Notes: a model not told the origin generated them from the sequence alone. Counted from the first letter of the stretch, positions 53,176-63,426 are shown. The stretch: 64,000 nucleotides of DNA from Methanobacteriota archaeon (GCA_004195635.1 PSPT01000002.1:26200-90199), one strand, 5' to 3'. Translations and numbers: made by a program.

Positions 53176-55914
53176 GTGTACACCTTGCAAACCCACTCAC
53201 ACCCCACTCGCAGATGCCTCTCAATGCTTTTCTGTATGCTTTTCATGCTCAGTTTTCTAACCCCTCTTGTGAGTGCAGGGCCGGTAGTTAGAGTTGAAAT
53301 TGATCAACAACCTCCGATAAGCATTGATGCTGATAGCCAGTATCAATTTTCAGCCTCATTATTTGATTCATCTAATACTTCAGTTTCAGACACAATCACT
53401 TGGATGGCTAGTAATGGCAGTATTGATTCTGCAGGATTATTCACTGCCCATTCCACAGGTAATGTGACAATTCAAGCTTTTTCTAATGGCTATAATGATT
53501 CTGTGATAGTAAATGTTACAGCGGGTTGGCCTTCTCACCTTTCGCTTTCTGCTAATTTAACTGAAGTTCAACTCGGACATGGAATACAATTATTGCCTTC
53601 ATTAACCGATGCCCATGGAAATAGTGCATATGGGCATCAATTATCTTGGACAATTTCGCAAGGAATCGTGAATTCCTCAAATGTGTGGTTTCCAGACCAA
53701 GTTGGTAATGGAAGCATTGAAGTGCATTGGGGGGAACTCAGTAGTTCAGTGAATCTTTCAGCGACAACTGGGCCTGCTTTTTCAATGTCACTTCCAACTG
53801 GCCTCAGTGTGAGTTCAGGCAGTAGTATTGAAATTATTCCAATCGTCACTGATACTTGGGGCAATGTTCTTTCAAACCAAAGCATAGGTTCTCTTCAATG
53901 GACCTCGGAAAGTGGGAGTATCAACAATGGTGTATTCACTGCTAGTTCAACTGGCTATTGGCTCATTACCTGTGCGACAAGCAATGGGATAAGTGCTAAG
54001 GCGAACATCACCGTCACCTCTGCAACAATTGATAATGTTGAATTGGTTGTTGAAAACCGGACCTTTAGAGCAGACGAAGCGGTGGAATTGGTTGTAAAAA
54101 CTACAGATGTATATGGTAATGTTGAATATTCCACGCCTCTTCTTTCATCTTGGTCATTTGCTTCAGGTTCTCTTCGTTTTGGTCAAAACACAACTGAATG
54201 GTTACCCGGAAAAGTCGGAAATTGGACACTTTCACTGAACTATGCAGGATTCAATGTTAGTATTGTTATTGATGTAGTTCATGGCCATGCCGAGGAGATC
54301 TTATTGGTCACAGAAGGCAATAGAGTTAGTGCAGATGATGAAATAACCTTGTATATGCAAGCGAGTGATATTCGAAATAATCGCTGGGTAATAGTTGGGA
54401 CTTGGGAAATGAGTGATTCAAGTCAAGATGAAAACTTAGAATCATTTGGAACTTGGGCAAAATATGATGCCAATCTTGCTGGTGATTGGCAAATTGAGGG
54501 CGATTGGTTTGATGAGGCACAACAACAATTCTTCAGCGCCGAAATTACACTTTCGGTAATCCCTGGACGCCTAGCAAATATTATTCTTCAAGGAGGGGGT
54601 ACGACAATTTCAACGGATGAAATACTCGAACTCAACCCCATTTCAACTGATGAAGATGGAAATGTGATTGGCAATATTCTAATGAATTGGACGGTAGATG
54701 ATGTCGATGAAACAACATCCTTCCGCCTACATCGCGGAATATATTATCCTGAAGGTACCGGGTTGCATGAAATTAGGGCATTTGCTGATGGAGCCTTTAC
54801 TAGCATCATGGTCGAAGTAATTCCTGGGCGTGCAAGAAATATATTACTCGACATACCAGCAAATGTTCTTATTTCCTCGGGAAGTAATGGAGCGATTGCT
54901 TTTACAGCGACAGGTTTGGACCTTTCAAATAATTCATTTTTGATAAATGAAATGTCGTGGGTTATTCCTGAAGGTGCGGCAGAAATTTCTGCTGGTGCTT
55001 CTAATGGGGAATGGATATTGGAAGGTAAAAAATCAGGTGTTTGGGATATAGAATTAGTTTCTGAAGATGCTTCTCATTTCTTTGAATTAACCATACGTGC
55101 AGGCGATGCTGCCGTTATTGAATTAGTTATGTCTTCCGAGAATTTAAAGCAGGGAGATGAGTTATTGATTGATGTGCGAATATATGATTCGCATGGGAAT
55201 GATGTTGAAGTTTCTCCGGCAGATTTAGTTGTGAGCAGCACTGCTGGGAAAATCACTCATGTAAGAGATGGTAGTTGGTTAATCTCTCTAGATGAAGGAG
55301 GTACTGACCATGCAGTCACTATTCGCTTAGGCAATCTCACAGAGCAGCGTTTCTTTGATGTTCAAGAGGCATTACTTAGCGGCGTATTTGGTTCCTCAAA
55401 TGCGACAGTATTAGCGGGAATATCAGTACTCTCTGTGATTCTTGTAATGCTAATATTCCTGATGCGAAGGTCGAAAGGAGATAGCGGGGAATGGGTTAGT
55501 GAAAAAGTGGAACCACATATACCGCCAATAACGTCGCCCACCCCCGAGTACGAAGCGGAATCTACGGCCCCCACCTCCTCACCCGAGACTCCAACTATCA
55601 TCCTGACTCCTCCTGACACTGCAGAAGCCACACCATATGTTAATGCTGAAAGCGTCCCTGCTTACCCTCTCACTCAAGTCAACTCTGACCCATACACTGA
55701 GGCAGCAAATACCGGTGCGACTGAACAAATTTATTCAGAACCTGAAATAATGTCTGCCATCGCAATTGCTGCTGCTGAACAAGCCAAAGCAACAGGTGTA
55801 ATGGTTGCTGCTGAAGGTACAGTGCAAGGTGAATCGGGTTGGTATTATGATTCAAGTGGTGAATTAACAAATTGGCGCGTTGAAACAAATGGGGCATGGA
55901 CAAGGATACAATAG
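53176..55914 (+). CDS. Surface protein with ~9 Ig-like (Big_2-type) repeats, C-terminal TM and Tyr/Pro-containing cytoplasmic tail
   Basis: The signal peptide is MLFCMLFMLSFLTPLVSAG; the real start is probably at 53224/53236. Repeated ...VTAG / VIPG / VVHG-initiated ~90-aa units follow. The TM is AGISVLSVILVMLIFLM, and about 140 aa of tail follow. Confidence 0.8.
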   Translation: MYTLQTHSHPTRRCLSMLFCMLFMLSFLTPLVSAGPVVRVEIDQQPPISIDADSQYQFSASLFDSSNTSVSDTITWMASNGSIDSAGLFTAHSTGNVTIQAFSNGYNDSVIVNVTAGWPSHLSLSANLTEVQLGHGIQLLPSLTDAHGNSAYGHQLSWTISQGIVNSSNVWFPDQVGNGSIEVHWGELSSSVNLSATTGPAFSMSLPTGLSVSSGSSIEIIPIVTDTWGNVLSNQSIGSLQWTSESGSINNGVFTASSTGYWLITCATSNGISAKANITVTSATIDNVELVVENRTFRADEAVELVVKTTDVYGNVEYSTPLLSSWSFASGSLRFGQNTTEWLPGKVGNWTLSLNYAGFNVSIVIDVVHGHAEEILLVTEGNRVSADDEITLYMQASDIRNNRWVIVGTWEMSDSSQDENLESFGTWAKYDANLAGDWQIEGDWFDEAQQQFFSAEITLSVIPGRLANIILQGGGTTISTDEILELNPISTDEDGNVIGNILMNWTVDDVDETTSFRLHRGIYYPEGTGLHEIRAFADGAFTSIMVEVIPGRARNILLDIPANVLISSGSNGAIAFTATGLDLSNNSFLINEMSWVIPEGAAEISAGASNGEWILEGKKSGVWDIELVSEDASHFFELTIRAGDAAVIELVMSSENLKQGDELLIDVRIYDSHGNDVEVSPADLVVSSTAGKITHVRDGSWLISLDEGGTDHAVTIRLGNLTEQRFFDVQEALLSGVFGSSNATVLAGISVLSVILVMLIFLMRRSKGDSGEWVSEKVEPHIPPITSPTPEYEAESTAPTSSPETPTIILTPPDTAEATPYVNAESVPAYPLTQVNSDPYTEAANTGATEQIYSEPEIMSAIAIAAAEQAKATGVMVAAEGTVQGESGWYYDSSGELTNWRVETNGAWTRIQ

Positions 55915-55922
55915 GTGATTGA

Positions 55923-58433
55923 ATGAGAAAATTTGTGGCATTGATATTGATTGCTGTCTTGTTTAGCAGTGGTCTCGTCAATTCACTTCCTTTGTCGCAA
56001 GAGATGAATAAACAATTCACAATCCCAGGTTGTACAAATAATCCAAGTGTAGATTCAATTGAAATTAATTACCCCGGTTCAGGAAGCATTCCGGCTGACC
56101 AAGTTTTACAATTCAACGCTACAGTTCGTGATAATCTTTCTCAAGTATTGTCAACTTATCCTACTTGGGGAGCAAATAATGGCAGTATTGACCAAAATGG
56201 GCGTTTTGTTCCTTGGGCTACGGGTCCTGTTGAAATTTGGGCTTGTGCGGGCGATATCAATGAATCTGTGACAATCAATGTCCTTCAAGGAACAACAGTA
56301 GGCGCTGAACTATTGCTTCATTCCGAAAATGTGACTGCAGATGATTTAGTTGAATTGATGCCAATGCGAAAGGATGATCGGGGTAATTTGGCTCCCGTCC
56401 TCGTACCAACTGATAATTGGACTATCCCTGTTGGAAGCAGTTTGTCCGGGGCTTCTCCATTATTCTGGGTGCCTGGGGAAAAAGGTGAACAGGATATTTC
56501 TGTAAATATTATGGGATACGATGTTAGTCGAACTTTGAATGTGAGTATTGGGGTTGCACATCATTTACAAATTCAAACATCTTCAACCTCATATAATGCC
56601 GATCAAGAAATAGTGGTGCTACTTTCTTTGGTTGATCAAAAGGGCAATTATTGGGGAGTCTCTGGGCAATGGAATAGCGATTCTGAATTGCCACTGTCTA
56701 ATGATACTGGAGTTGAAGTATTTGCTTATCCTAGTGAAGTCGGTATTTGGCAAGTGGCTGCTACATATTCAGGGAATGAAACTGGCGGTGAGACTTGGTT
56801 TACATCAGTGAATCTTAGTATCAGTGCTGGAAGTCTTACTGCGACTGAAATCTCGGGTTTTTTAGTCGATCGAAGTGGAGTAGGCGTAGAGATAGGTTTC
56901 TTGGAAGGGATTGTGCAGATGACAACTGATGATCGATTTGTAATGTCTCCAGTATTACTTGATGCAGATGGCAACCCAATCGCAGTCTCTTCAGTGTTGT
57001 GGAGTTTGAGCGCTGATTACATAGAAGGAACTGAATTGTCAACTAACTTAGAATATTCCTTCGCTCCTGAATTAGTTGGAAACCACATTCTAACACTTAC
57101 TCCAGAAAGTGGAATCCCCGCTAGAATCACATTGGAAGTTCTTCATGGTGCTGCGGTTGAAGTTATTGTAAGTAATCGAGGCAATCCCGATTTGGTTGTG
57201 CCAATTGGAAGAAATTTGAGTATTGATGTAAAAGGAATTGATGGAAAAAACAATCACTTTCCAATGGATGTTGGTTGGATAATTCCTGCCCACGCAGGTA
57301 ATATCTCAAATGGCTCATTAGGAGTCGGAAATTATGAATATCAACCCGGCAATCAAACACCCTTGAAAGTACATACCTTTGTTGTACGAACTGCTCTTGG
57401 GCCACATGATGTTCCGGTAAGAGTAATCTTGGGGCAGCTCGATCATTTGACTTTACACATTGATTCAAATTTGCAACAAGGAGAGAAGGTACTTATTGGC
57501 ATCATTGGCCATGATGAGAATGGCAATCCTGTACCAATAGCAAATGGTGATGTTATTCTTTCAAGTTCAGCGGGAACAACAACTTATCGTAATGGTGAGC
57601 ATTATTTAAAATTAGAAAAGCAAGGGATTCAACATCAAGTGACTGCTGAATATGCAGGAATTGCTCCCTCTGTTGAGTTTATTGATATTGAAGCAACTTT
57701 ACTTGCTGGTGCATTTGGTTCTTCTGAAGTAGTCATTATGGGGGCGATTGTGATTGCCTCAATCATTTTGCTTTTGGTAGCAACCTTGACCTACAAAAAG
57801 TCTGGTGAGAGGGTCAAATATGATGATGAAATTATAGCTGAAAGAGAGGCTAAAAAAGAGGAATTGCGAAATTCATTGACACGTTCGGGAAGCGAAATAA
57901 ATGCATCTAATGAAGAAATGGCTGACAATTCAGCCCCTGGAAATGACAAGGAATACAATTCACTGCCGCCCGTTACTTCACCTCCCCTCGTAGCACAAGG
58001 ATTGGCAGTTCAACCAGCATCAATGCCTCCACCTTTGCCGCCGTTCGCACCTATGCCTTTCGCAGCACCACCTCTGCCCGTCTCCACCACTCTTACCCCT
58101 CCGCTCAATGAATTTTCTACACTCTCACAGCCAAATGCCTTCGCCGCTCCTCCCCCTATTCTGCCAGTTGCGCCTTTGCTTCTAGCACCAGTCATTGACA
58201 ACTCAGTTCAACAGGCAGCCTCATCTCCTTACATTCAGACAAGCATTAATGCCCAAGATGCTCTTGCTCTGTTGGGCTCAAGTAGCGATGAGGAGGTTCA
58301 AATCGAAGCAGAAACTTCGACCTTTATTGCTCTTTTATCCGATCCACCTTTACCGGCAGAAGGACTACCTCAAGGTTGGACAATGGCTCAATGGTCTCAT
58401 TATGGTGAAGAATGGTTGAAAAACCAATCTTAG
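55923..58433 (+). CDS. Surface protein paralog with Ig-like (Big_2-type) repeats, C-terminal TM and proline-rich cytoplasmic tail
   Basis: It lies 9 nt after the previous gene. The signal peptide is ILIAVLFSSGLVNS. The Ig-like repeats are paralogous to the upstream gene. The TM is IMGAIVIASIILLLVATL. The tail contains PPPLPPFAPMPFAAPPLP. Confidence 0.8.
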   Translation: MRKFVALILIAVLFSSGLVNSLPLSQEMNKQFTIPGCTNNPSVDSIEINYPGSGSIPADQVLQFNATVRDNLSQVLSTYPTWGANNGSIDQNGRFVPWATGPVEIWACAGDINESVTINVLQGTTVGAELLLHSENVTADDLVELMPMRKDDRGNLAPVLVPTDNWTIPVGSSLSGASPLFWVPGEKGEQDISVNIMGYDVSRTLNVSIGVAHHLQIQTSSTSYNADQEIVVLLSLVDQKGNYWGVSGQWNSDSELPLSNDTGVEVFAYPSEVGIWQVAATYSGNETGGETWFTSVNLSISAGSLTATEISGFLVDRSGVGVEIGFLEGIVQMTTDDRFVMSPVLLDADGNPIAVSSVLWSLSADYIEGTELSTNLEYSFAPELVGNHILTLTPESGIPARITLEVLHGAAVEVIVSNRGNPDLVVPIGRNLSIDVKGIDGKNNHFPMDVGWIIPAHAGNISNGSLGVGNYEYQPGNQTPLKVHTFVVRTALGPHDVPVRVILGQLDHLTLHIDSNLQQGEKVLIGIIGHDENGNPVPIANGDVILSSSAGTTTYRNGEHYLKLEKQGIQHQVTAEYAGIAPSVEFIDIEATLLAGAFGSSEVVIMGAIVIASIILLLVATLTYKKSGERVKYDDEIIAEREAKKEELRNSLTRSGSEINASNEEMADNSAPGNDKEYNSLPPVTSPPLVAQGLAVQPASMPPPLPPFAPMPFAAPPLPVSTTLTPPLNEFSTLSQPNAFAAPPPILPVAPLLLAPVIDNSVQQAASSPYIQTSINAQDALALLGSSSDEEVQIEAETSTFIALLSDPPLPAEGLPQGWTMAQWSHYGEEWLKNQS

Positions 58434-58483
58434 TAAAAAAATATTGTTGCTATTACAATAATTCAAGTGCGATTATTTTCATC

Positions 58484-58515
58484 AAAAAACTGAGTTATGC
58501 TTGAATTGACTCAGT
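58484..58515 (-). terminator. Hairpin plus T6 intrinsic-terminator-like element for panB; the hairpin begins at the stop codon
   Basis: The minus-strand reading is ACUGAGU-N13-ACUCAGU-UUUUUU. The 7-bp perfect stem includes the panB TGA stop. Confidence 0.4.
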
Positions 58516-59326
58516 ATGATTCTTCTTCCTTTGGGAAATCCTTGCTTCTGACATCCTCGCAGTACTGCGTAACTGCCTGACTTATTTGATCTTCAAGAGA
58601 AAGGTAACGTCGTAAGAAACGAGGGCTAAAATCAGTAGTTATTCCAAGCATGTCGTGTAATACCAATACTTGTCCGTCACAATCTGGTCCAGCGCCAATT
58701 CCAATTGTTGGAATGGAAATAGATTCACTTACTCTCTTTGCAAGAGGTGCGGGTATTTTTTCCAAAACAATAGCGAAACATCCGGCTTCTTCCAAGATCT
58801 TTGCATCACTAATCAATTTTTCAGCCTCCTCATCCTCCTTTGCCCTTACAGAATAAGTGCCAAATTTATAGATCGACTGAGGAGTTAAACCGAGGTGGCC
58901 CATTACGGGAATTCCTGCAGTAAGGATTCGCTTTATTGAATCCACAATTTCCACTCCTCCTTCCAATTTTACTGAATGTCCAGCAGCCTCTTTCATTATT
59001 CGTATTGCCGAATCAAGGGCGATTTTTGAATTGCCTTGGTATGTTCCAAATGGCATATCTACAACAATTAGCGCTCTCTCAACTGCTCTTTGAACGCATT
59101 GTGCATGGTAAATCATTTGGTCAAGAGTTATTGGAACTGTTGTGTCGTGTCCAGCCATAACGTTTGCTGCTGAATCACCAACGAGAATTACGTCAACACC
59201 ACCCCTGTCAACTAGTTTGGCTAATGAATAATCATATGCAGTAAGCATTGTGATTTTTTCGCCAGCCTCTTTCATTTCAAGAAGGGTATTAGTAGTGATT
59301 TTTCGGGCCTTTCCGTGAACTGACAC
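58511..59326 (-). CDS. panB: 3-methyl-2-oxobutanoate hydroxymethyltransferase (ketopantoate hydroxymethyltransferase)
   Basis: [36 protein letters not shown]...VVDMPFGTY...VKLEGG are PanB signatures. Confidence 0.85.
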   Translation of the reverse strand: MSVHGKARKITTNTLLEMKEAGEKITMLTAYDYSLAKLVDRGGVDVILVGDSAANVMAGHDTTVPITLDQMIYHAQCVQRAVERALIVVDMPFGTYQGNSKIALDSAIRIMKEAAGHSVKLEGGVEIVDSIKRILTAGIPVMGHLGLTPQSIYKFGTYSVRAKEDEEAEKLISDAKILEEAGCFAIVLEKIPAPLAKRVSESISIPTIGIGAGPDCDGQVLVLHDMLGITTDFSPRFLRRYLSLEDQISQAVTQYCEDVRSKDFPKEEESY

Positions 59327-59420
59327 ACTCTTCCCTCATGTAAGGGGTGGAGTGCATAAGGTTTCAAACTCTCGCATATGGAAAATACTGCTGGAAAGTA
59401 AAGAAAGGAGGAAATCAGTT

Positions 59421-61112
59421 TTAAGTTTCCGAATGATGTTCTACTGACTTGGTAAATTCATCAATATCCACTACTCCATCACCATTTTCGTCGGCAGCAT
59501 GGAAATATTCTCTAAGTGCATCATGACCTTCTGTGCAACATCTCAAGGCCTCCATTGCAGCAATAAATTCATGCAAATTAAGGTGATTATTGCCTTCCCT
59601 ATCTGCTGCGTGGAATGCGGTTATTCTACGGCGGCGTTCTGCTTCATCAGCGTTAATAAACATCAGTTTGAATGTTTTCCATGGTGTGATTTTTGGTTGA
59701 TAGTGCTTTTTTCCATAGCCAAAGAAAATAACTCCTCCAATCATTATTGCTGTTCCTCCACCAATAACTGCCTCCTTGCCCATGATAAAGAGCAAACACA
59801 GTCCTGCAAGAACGCCAAATAATTGAGTTGCTGGTCTAAATGGTGCATCATATTCAGGTACATACCAAGCATGAGAGGGAGTTGCTTTTCTAAGTATCAA
59901 TACACATAAGCACATTAATACATAAACCATTATTTGGAAGCCAGATGCGTATTCTGCAACAGCATGAACATCAATGGTGACTAGGGCAATAGCCATCGCT
60001 CCCGCAGTTACAATAATCGCCCAATGTGGCGTTTCAAATTTCCCATGTACATCTTCTAGGAATTCTGGTAACAAGTTATCTCGTGACATTGCGTAAAGAT
60101 ATCTTGAGGCAGCAAGGATTCCAGCAAGTGCCATTGAGGTCATTGTGAGAACTGCAATTGCTGCTGCAATAAGTCCAATTGTTGAACCACCAATTATCTC
60201 TGCAAAAACTCGAACAGGATCCTCAATTGCATGACCTGAAGAATCGAAGAAAGATTCATGCGGAATAACAGCAACCATTGTGGCCACCATTATCGCATAT
60301 AATATGGCGCCAATTGCCAAAGAAGTCATTATACCTCCGGGGAGATTACGACCTGGATTTTTCACTTCTTCACCAATTGCTGCTACTTTAGCAACACCTG
60401 CATATGAGACTAGAACAAATGCCGCAGCCTCACCCATTAGCATCCAATCATCTGGCCCATGCAAATCAACTGAGGCGCGTGAATAATCAGCATCTCCGTT
60501 AATAATTGCCCAGAATGTAAGCACAATGAGCATAAGGATTGATAATGTAACTATTGGTGTTTGAACAACCTTTATTTTTTTCATACCCAAAATATTTACT
60601 AGTGCGATTAATATTAACATGCTGAGAGCGCTAGCCAAAGCAGAAAAGTCACTACCCCACCATTCTTGTAATATCATCAAATATGCCGAAAAACCAATCA
60701 ATGCAAATGCAGCCTTCAGCAAAAATGAAGCCCAAAGACCCAAACCGGTCATTGTCCCAAACAATGGTCCAAAAGTGCGTTCTACGAAAACATATGACCC
60801 TCCCGAAGTTGGCATTGCAGAGGCAAGCTCACTTTGAGATAATGCTCCCGGAATAACTACCATTGCAGCCAAAATATATGCTAGCCAAACTCCTCCTCCT
60901 ACCATAGCATAGGCAAGGGAAGGTAATACGAATAATCCACTTCCAATCATTGCAGATAATGAAATAATAATGACTGAAAACAAACCTAATTTCCTTTCAA
61001 GTGTATCAGAAACCATCTCAAGCGGCTGGAGTACGATGCCCACAAGGTCCTTGGGATTGGTGGGCGTCATATCTGTTCCAAGCAAAACGGATAGTTGAAC
61101 ATTGCTTCTCAA
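59421..61112 (-). CDS. APC-family amino-acid permease with C-terminal cytoplasmic EF-hand pair
   Basis: It has 12 TM helices with the APC N-terminal GSGLFVLP motif. The C-terminal 80 aa contain DENGDGVVDIDE, a canonical 12-residue EF-hand loop, preceded by a degenerate loop DREGNNHLNLHE. Confidence 0.75.
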   Translation of the reverse strand: MRSNVQLSVLLGTDMTPTNPKDLVGIVLQPLEMVSDTLERKLGLFSVIIISLSAMIGSGLFVLPSLAYAMVGGGVWLAYILAAMVVIPGALSQSELASAMPTSGGSYVFVERTFGPLFGTMTGLGLWASFLLKAAFALIGFSAYLMILQEWWGSDFSALASALSMLILIALVNILGMKKIKVVQTPIVTLSILMLIVLTFWAIINGDADYSRASVDLHGPDDWMLMGEAAAFVLVSYAGVAKVAAIGEEVKNPGRNLPGGIMTSLAIGAILYAIMVATMVAVIPHESFFDSSGHAIEDPVRVFAEIIGGSTIGLIAAAIAVLTMTSMALAGILAASRYLYAMSRDNLLPEFLEDVHGKFETPHWAIIVTAGAMAIALVTIDVHAVAEYASGFQIMVYVLMCLCVLILRKATPSHAWYVPEYDAPFRPATQLFGVLAGLCLLFIMGKEAVIGGGTAIMIGGVIFFGYGKKHYQPKITPWKTFKLMFINADEAERRRRITAFHAADREGNNHLNLHEFIAAMEALRCCTEGHDALREYFHAADENGDGVVDIDEFTKSVEHHSET

Positions 61113-61151
61113 ATTAATTCATTAGCCGTGTTAGGGAGTGAACATTAGATG

Positions 61152-62537
61152 TCAAAAAGATGCGATGACTTTCAATTCTACTGCAATAGGAGTAGGGAGG
61201 GCATTAATTGCAAGAGTGGTTCTTGTAGGTTTAATATCTACAAAGTATTCTGAATACACTTGATTAAAAGTCGCAAAGTCGCGGTCCATGTCAATTAGGA
61301 ATACCGTGATGTCTTGGACTTTCTCAAGTGAAGAACCCGCACTTTCAAGAACTCGCTTGACATTTTCTATACACATATGAGTTTGTGCGGCAATATCATA
61401 ATCAAGTGATATTCCGTTTTCATCACGGCAAGGCCCACCTGGAATTTCGTCTGTATCTGGGGTGCGTGAACCTACACCAGAGAGGTATAGGAGATCTCCC
61501 ACTTTTCGTGCATGAGGATATGCGCCAACAGGTTTAGGTGCGCTTTGAGAATTAATAGCAGCAGTATCTTTGTTTGAATCATCTTCATTGGAGGTAGCAG
61601 TGGTTGTAGTAACCCCTCTATCCTCAATTCCTTCAAGCACACTTCGGTCACCAGAAAACACCTCTGCATCGTCCTCATCGTATTCTTTATCTCCTGCACT
61701 ATTTTCTGTTGGAGTAAGTAGTACAACTGCGCCGCCGGCTCCATGTAGAGCCTCATAAGCGAGAACTTCTCCTTTGAGATTGTTGGTTTGTCCATTGACT
61801 CCTGAGAGAAACCACATCGGTTTGAAAGAAACTACTTTTTGCACTCTTATTTGCGAGTGAATCTGTCGTGATAATTGGGCAATATCTTCCAATCTTCCCT
61901 TTTCCAGCAATTCCAATATTTTTCGATTCCATTCGTCGTCTTTAAGCGAATGAATCCGATCTTCGTTTGGTTCAATAAATTCTGTAAACATACGATTGGA
62001 AAGGCTCATCGCACAAATGACTGCTACTTTTTTTCCACTCTCTTTAACTGCATCAAGGCAGGCTTTAGAAAGCACGAGTGTTTCAGAGCGGTTTGCATAA
62101 ATGTTACTTGAAACTATGGCTACTTTGAAGCGGTTATCAGGGTTGAGCAATGAAACGGAAACCACTGAACCTACATCAACTGGAAATCCATGGTAATTTA
62201 CAGTTCTACTTGAGAGTCCACGGCGTTCATTTGCATTATGCCACGCATGGGTAAGATTTGTATCGACCTGAAAATCATAGGGCAACGAACCGAGGTCATG
62301 GAAATCTGCATCAACAAAAGTCCACTTTGGGTTAGGATCTGCAAGAAGTTGGTGTCCAATTATATTGGGCCAAGTAGTTGAATAAATGATAATAGTTTCA
62401 GCGCCACTATCAATAATGCGCTGCCTCAAAGTGGTAAATGCTTGACGAAGGAGCCCCCAGCCTTCATTTTTTTCTGGAACAAGAAGTGGATGTGGGTGAA
62501 CGGGGACAATTGCAGAGAGTACGATTTCGCCAGTCAT
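61152..62537 (-). CDS. LigB-type (class III) extradiol dioxygenase subunit fused via an acidic linker to a RidA/YjgF-family domain
   Basis: The N-terminal ~300 aa read MTGEIVLSAIVPVHPHPLL...MSLSNRMF, with LigB-family His ligand positions. The C-terminal ~125 aa read PKPVGAYPHARKVGDLLYLSGVG...TTLAINALP.PIAVELKVIA, a RidA fold. The start ATG at 62535-62537 is 1 nt after the upstream gene's stop. Confidence 0.65.
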   Translation of the reverse strand: MTGEIVLSAIVPVHPHPLLVPEKNEGWGLLRQAFTTLRQRIIDSGAETIIIYSTTWPNIIGHQLLADPNPKWTFVDADFHDLGSLPYDFQVDTNLTHAWHNANERRGLSSRTVNYHGFPVDVGSVVSVSLLNPDNRFKVAIVSSNIYANRSETLVLSKACLDAVKESGKKVAVICAMSLSNRMFTEFIEPNEDRIHSLKDDEWNRKILELLEKGRLEDIAQLSRQIHSQIRVQKVVSFKPMWFLSGVNGQTNNLKGEVLAYEALHGAGGAVVLLTPTENSAGDKEYDEDDAEVFSGDRSVLEGIEDRGVTTTTATSNEDDSNKDTAAINSQSAPKPVGAYPHARKVGDLLYLSGVGSRTPDTDEIPGGPCRDENGISLDYDIAAQTHMCIENVKRVLESAGSSLEKVQDITVFLIDMDRDFATFNQVYSEYFVDIKPTRTTLAINALPTPIAVELKVIASF

Positions 62538-62538
62538 T

Positions 62539-63426
62539 TTAGTCACCTCGGAGTGCAACTTCAGCGTTTGCAGCAGCCTCTGCTGGCCATTCAACAACAG
62601 CATTACCTGTGCCAATAATGGTTCCATAGCCATGCACTATTGCCGGATAGGTCGGGAAATCAAGGGCAGATAATATCCAAGAAAATCCCCCGCCGTCCGA
62701 TTCAGAAACCGCTTGTTCAGTGAATTCTGGCATAATGTCAAAAATCTCTTTTGTCTTACCTTGCTTCATCATTTCAATCAACTTCATATCCCAAAGGTAA
62801 AGGTGATGTGAGGTGATATGCTCGGCACTCATATCTTCTGGAATTTCAGGTTCAGTAATGAAATGGCGATGGGAAAGAGAATTTGAAGCGAGCAATAGTG
62901 CACGTTTTCCTGATTTTTCAATTGCTCTAGAAGTTGCTCGCCCAAGTTGAGCGGCCATTTCTTGCATTACTTCAACCGAATAGTATGCATTTGCACGATT
63001 ACTACTGATACAAACAACAGGTTTGTCCCACTGTGGGCGTGTAAGGTGACATGAAACGATTGTACCATAATCAACTCTAAAATCTGGATTTTCCATCATC
63101 TTCACTACCATTCCATCGGCCTGAGCTTCATCATGAATCATCCGTGATAATTCTACATCAATATCAATATCATAGTCGAAACGGAAGAGGTTAGGGAATA
63201 TTGGGTCAACTGATTTTGACTTGAAATTTGGTAGCCCGAGGAAGTGTGTACCAACATAGGTTTGCCAATGCGGCGATAAAATCACAATAACATCATAATC
63301 GGCTTCATCCAAGTTTGCTCGCATTCTTTCATAAGCCCAGCGAAGTGATTCCCAACCACACTCGGACTTTGGCTCATTTTGAACCGGATTGTCTGCATAT
63401 ACCAAATGTGGGGGGTGGGGTGCCAA
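62539..63426 (-). CDS. LigB-type (class III) extradiol dioxygenase subunit
   Basis: VIVILSPHW...SNSLSHRHF are paralogous to the downstream gene's motifs. The two form a tandem pair like alpha/beta subunits. Confidence 0.6.
   Translation of the reverse strand: MAPHPPHLVYADNPVQNEPKSECGWESLRWAYERMRANLDEADYDVIVILSPHWQTYVGTHFLGLPNFKSKSVDPIFPNLFRFDYDIDIDVELSRMIHDEAQADGMVVKMMENPDFRVDYGTIVSCHLTRPQWDKPVVCISSNRANAYYSVEVMQEMAAQLGRATSRAIEKSGKRALLLASNSLSHRHFITEPEIPEDMSAEHITSHHLYLWDMKLIEMMKQGKTKEIFDIMPEFTEQAVSESDGGGFSWILSALDFPTYPAIVHGYGTIIGTGNAVVEWPAEAAANAEVALRGD

Noticed and set aside
44069-58433. CRISPR or DNA-level tandem-repeat array
   Set aside because: The periodicity is at the protein-domain level, with divergent nucleotide sequences. 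There are no short identical direct repeats with unique spacers.
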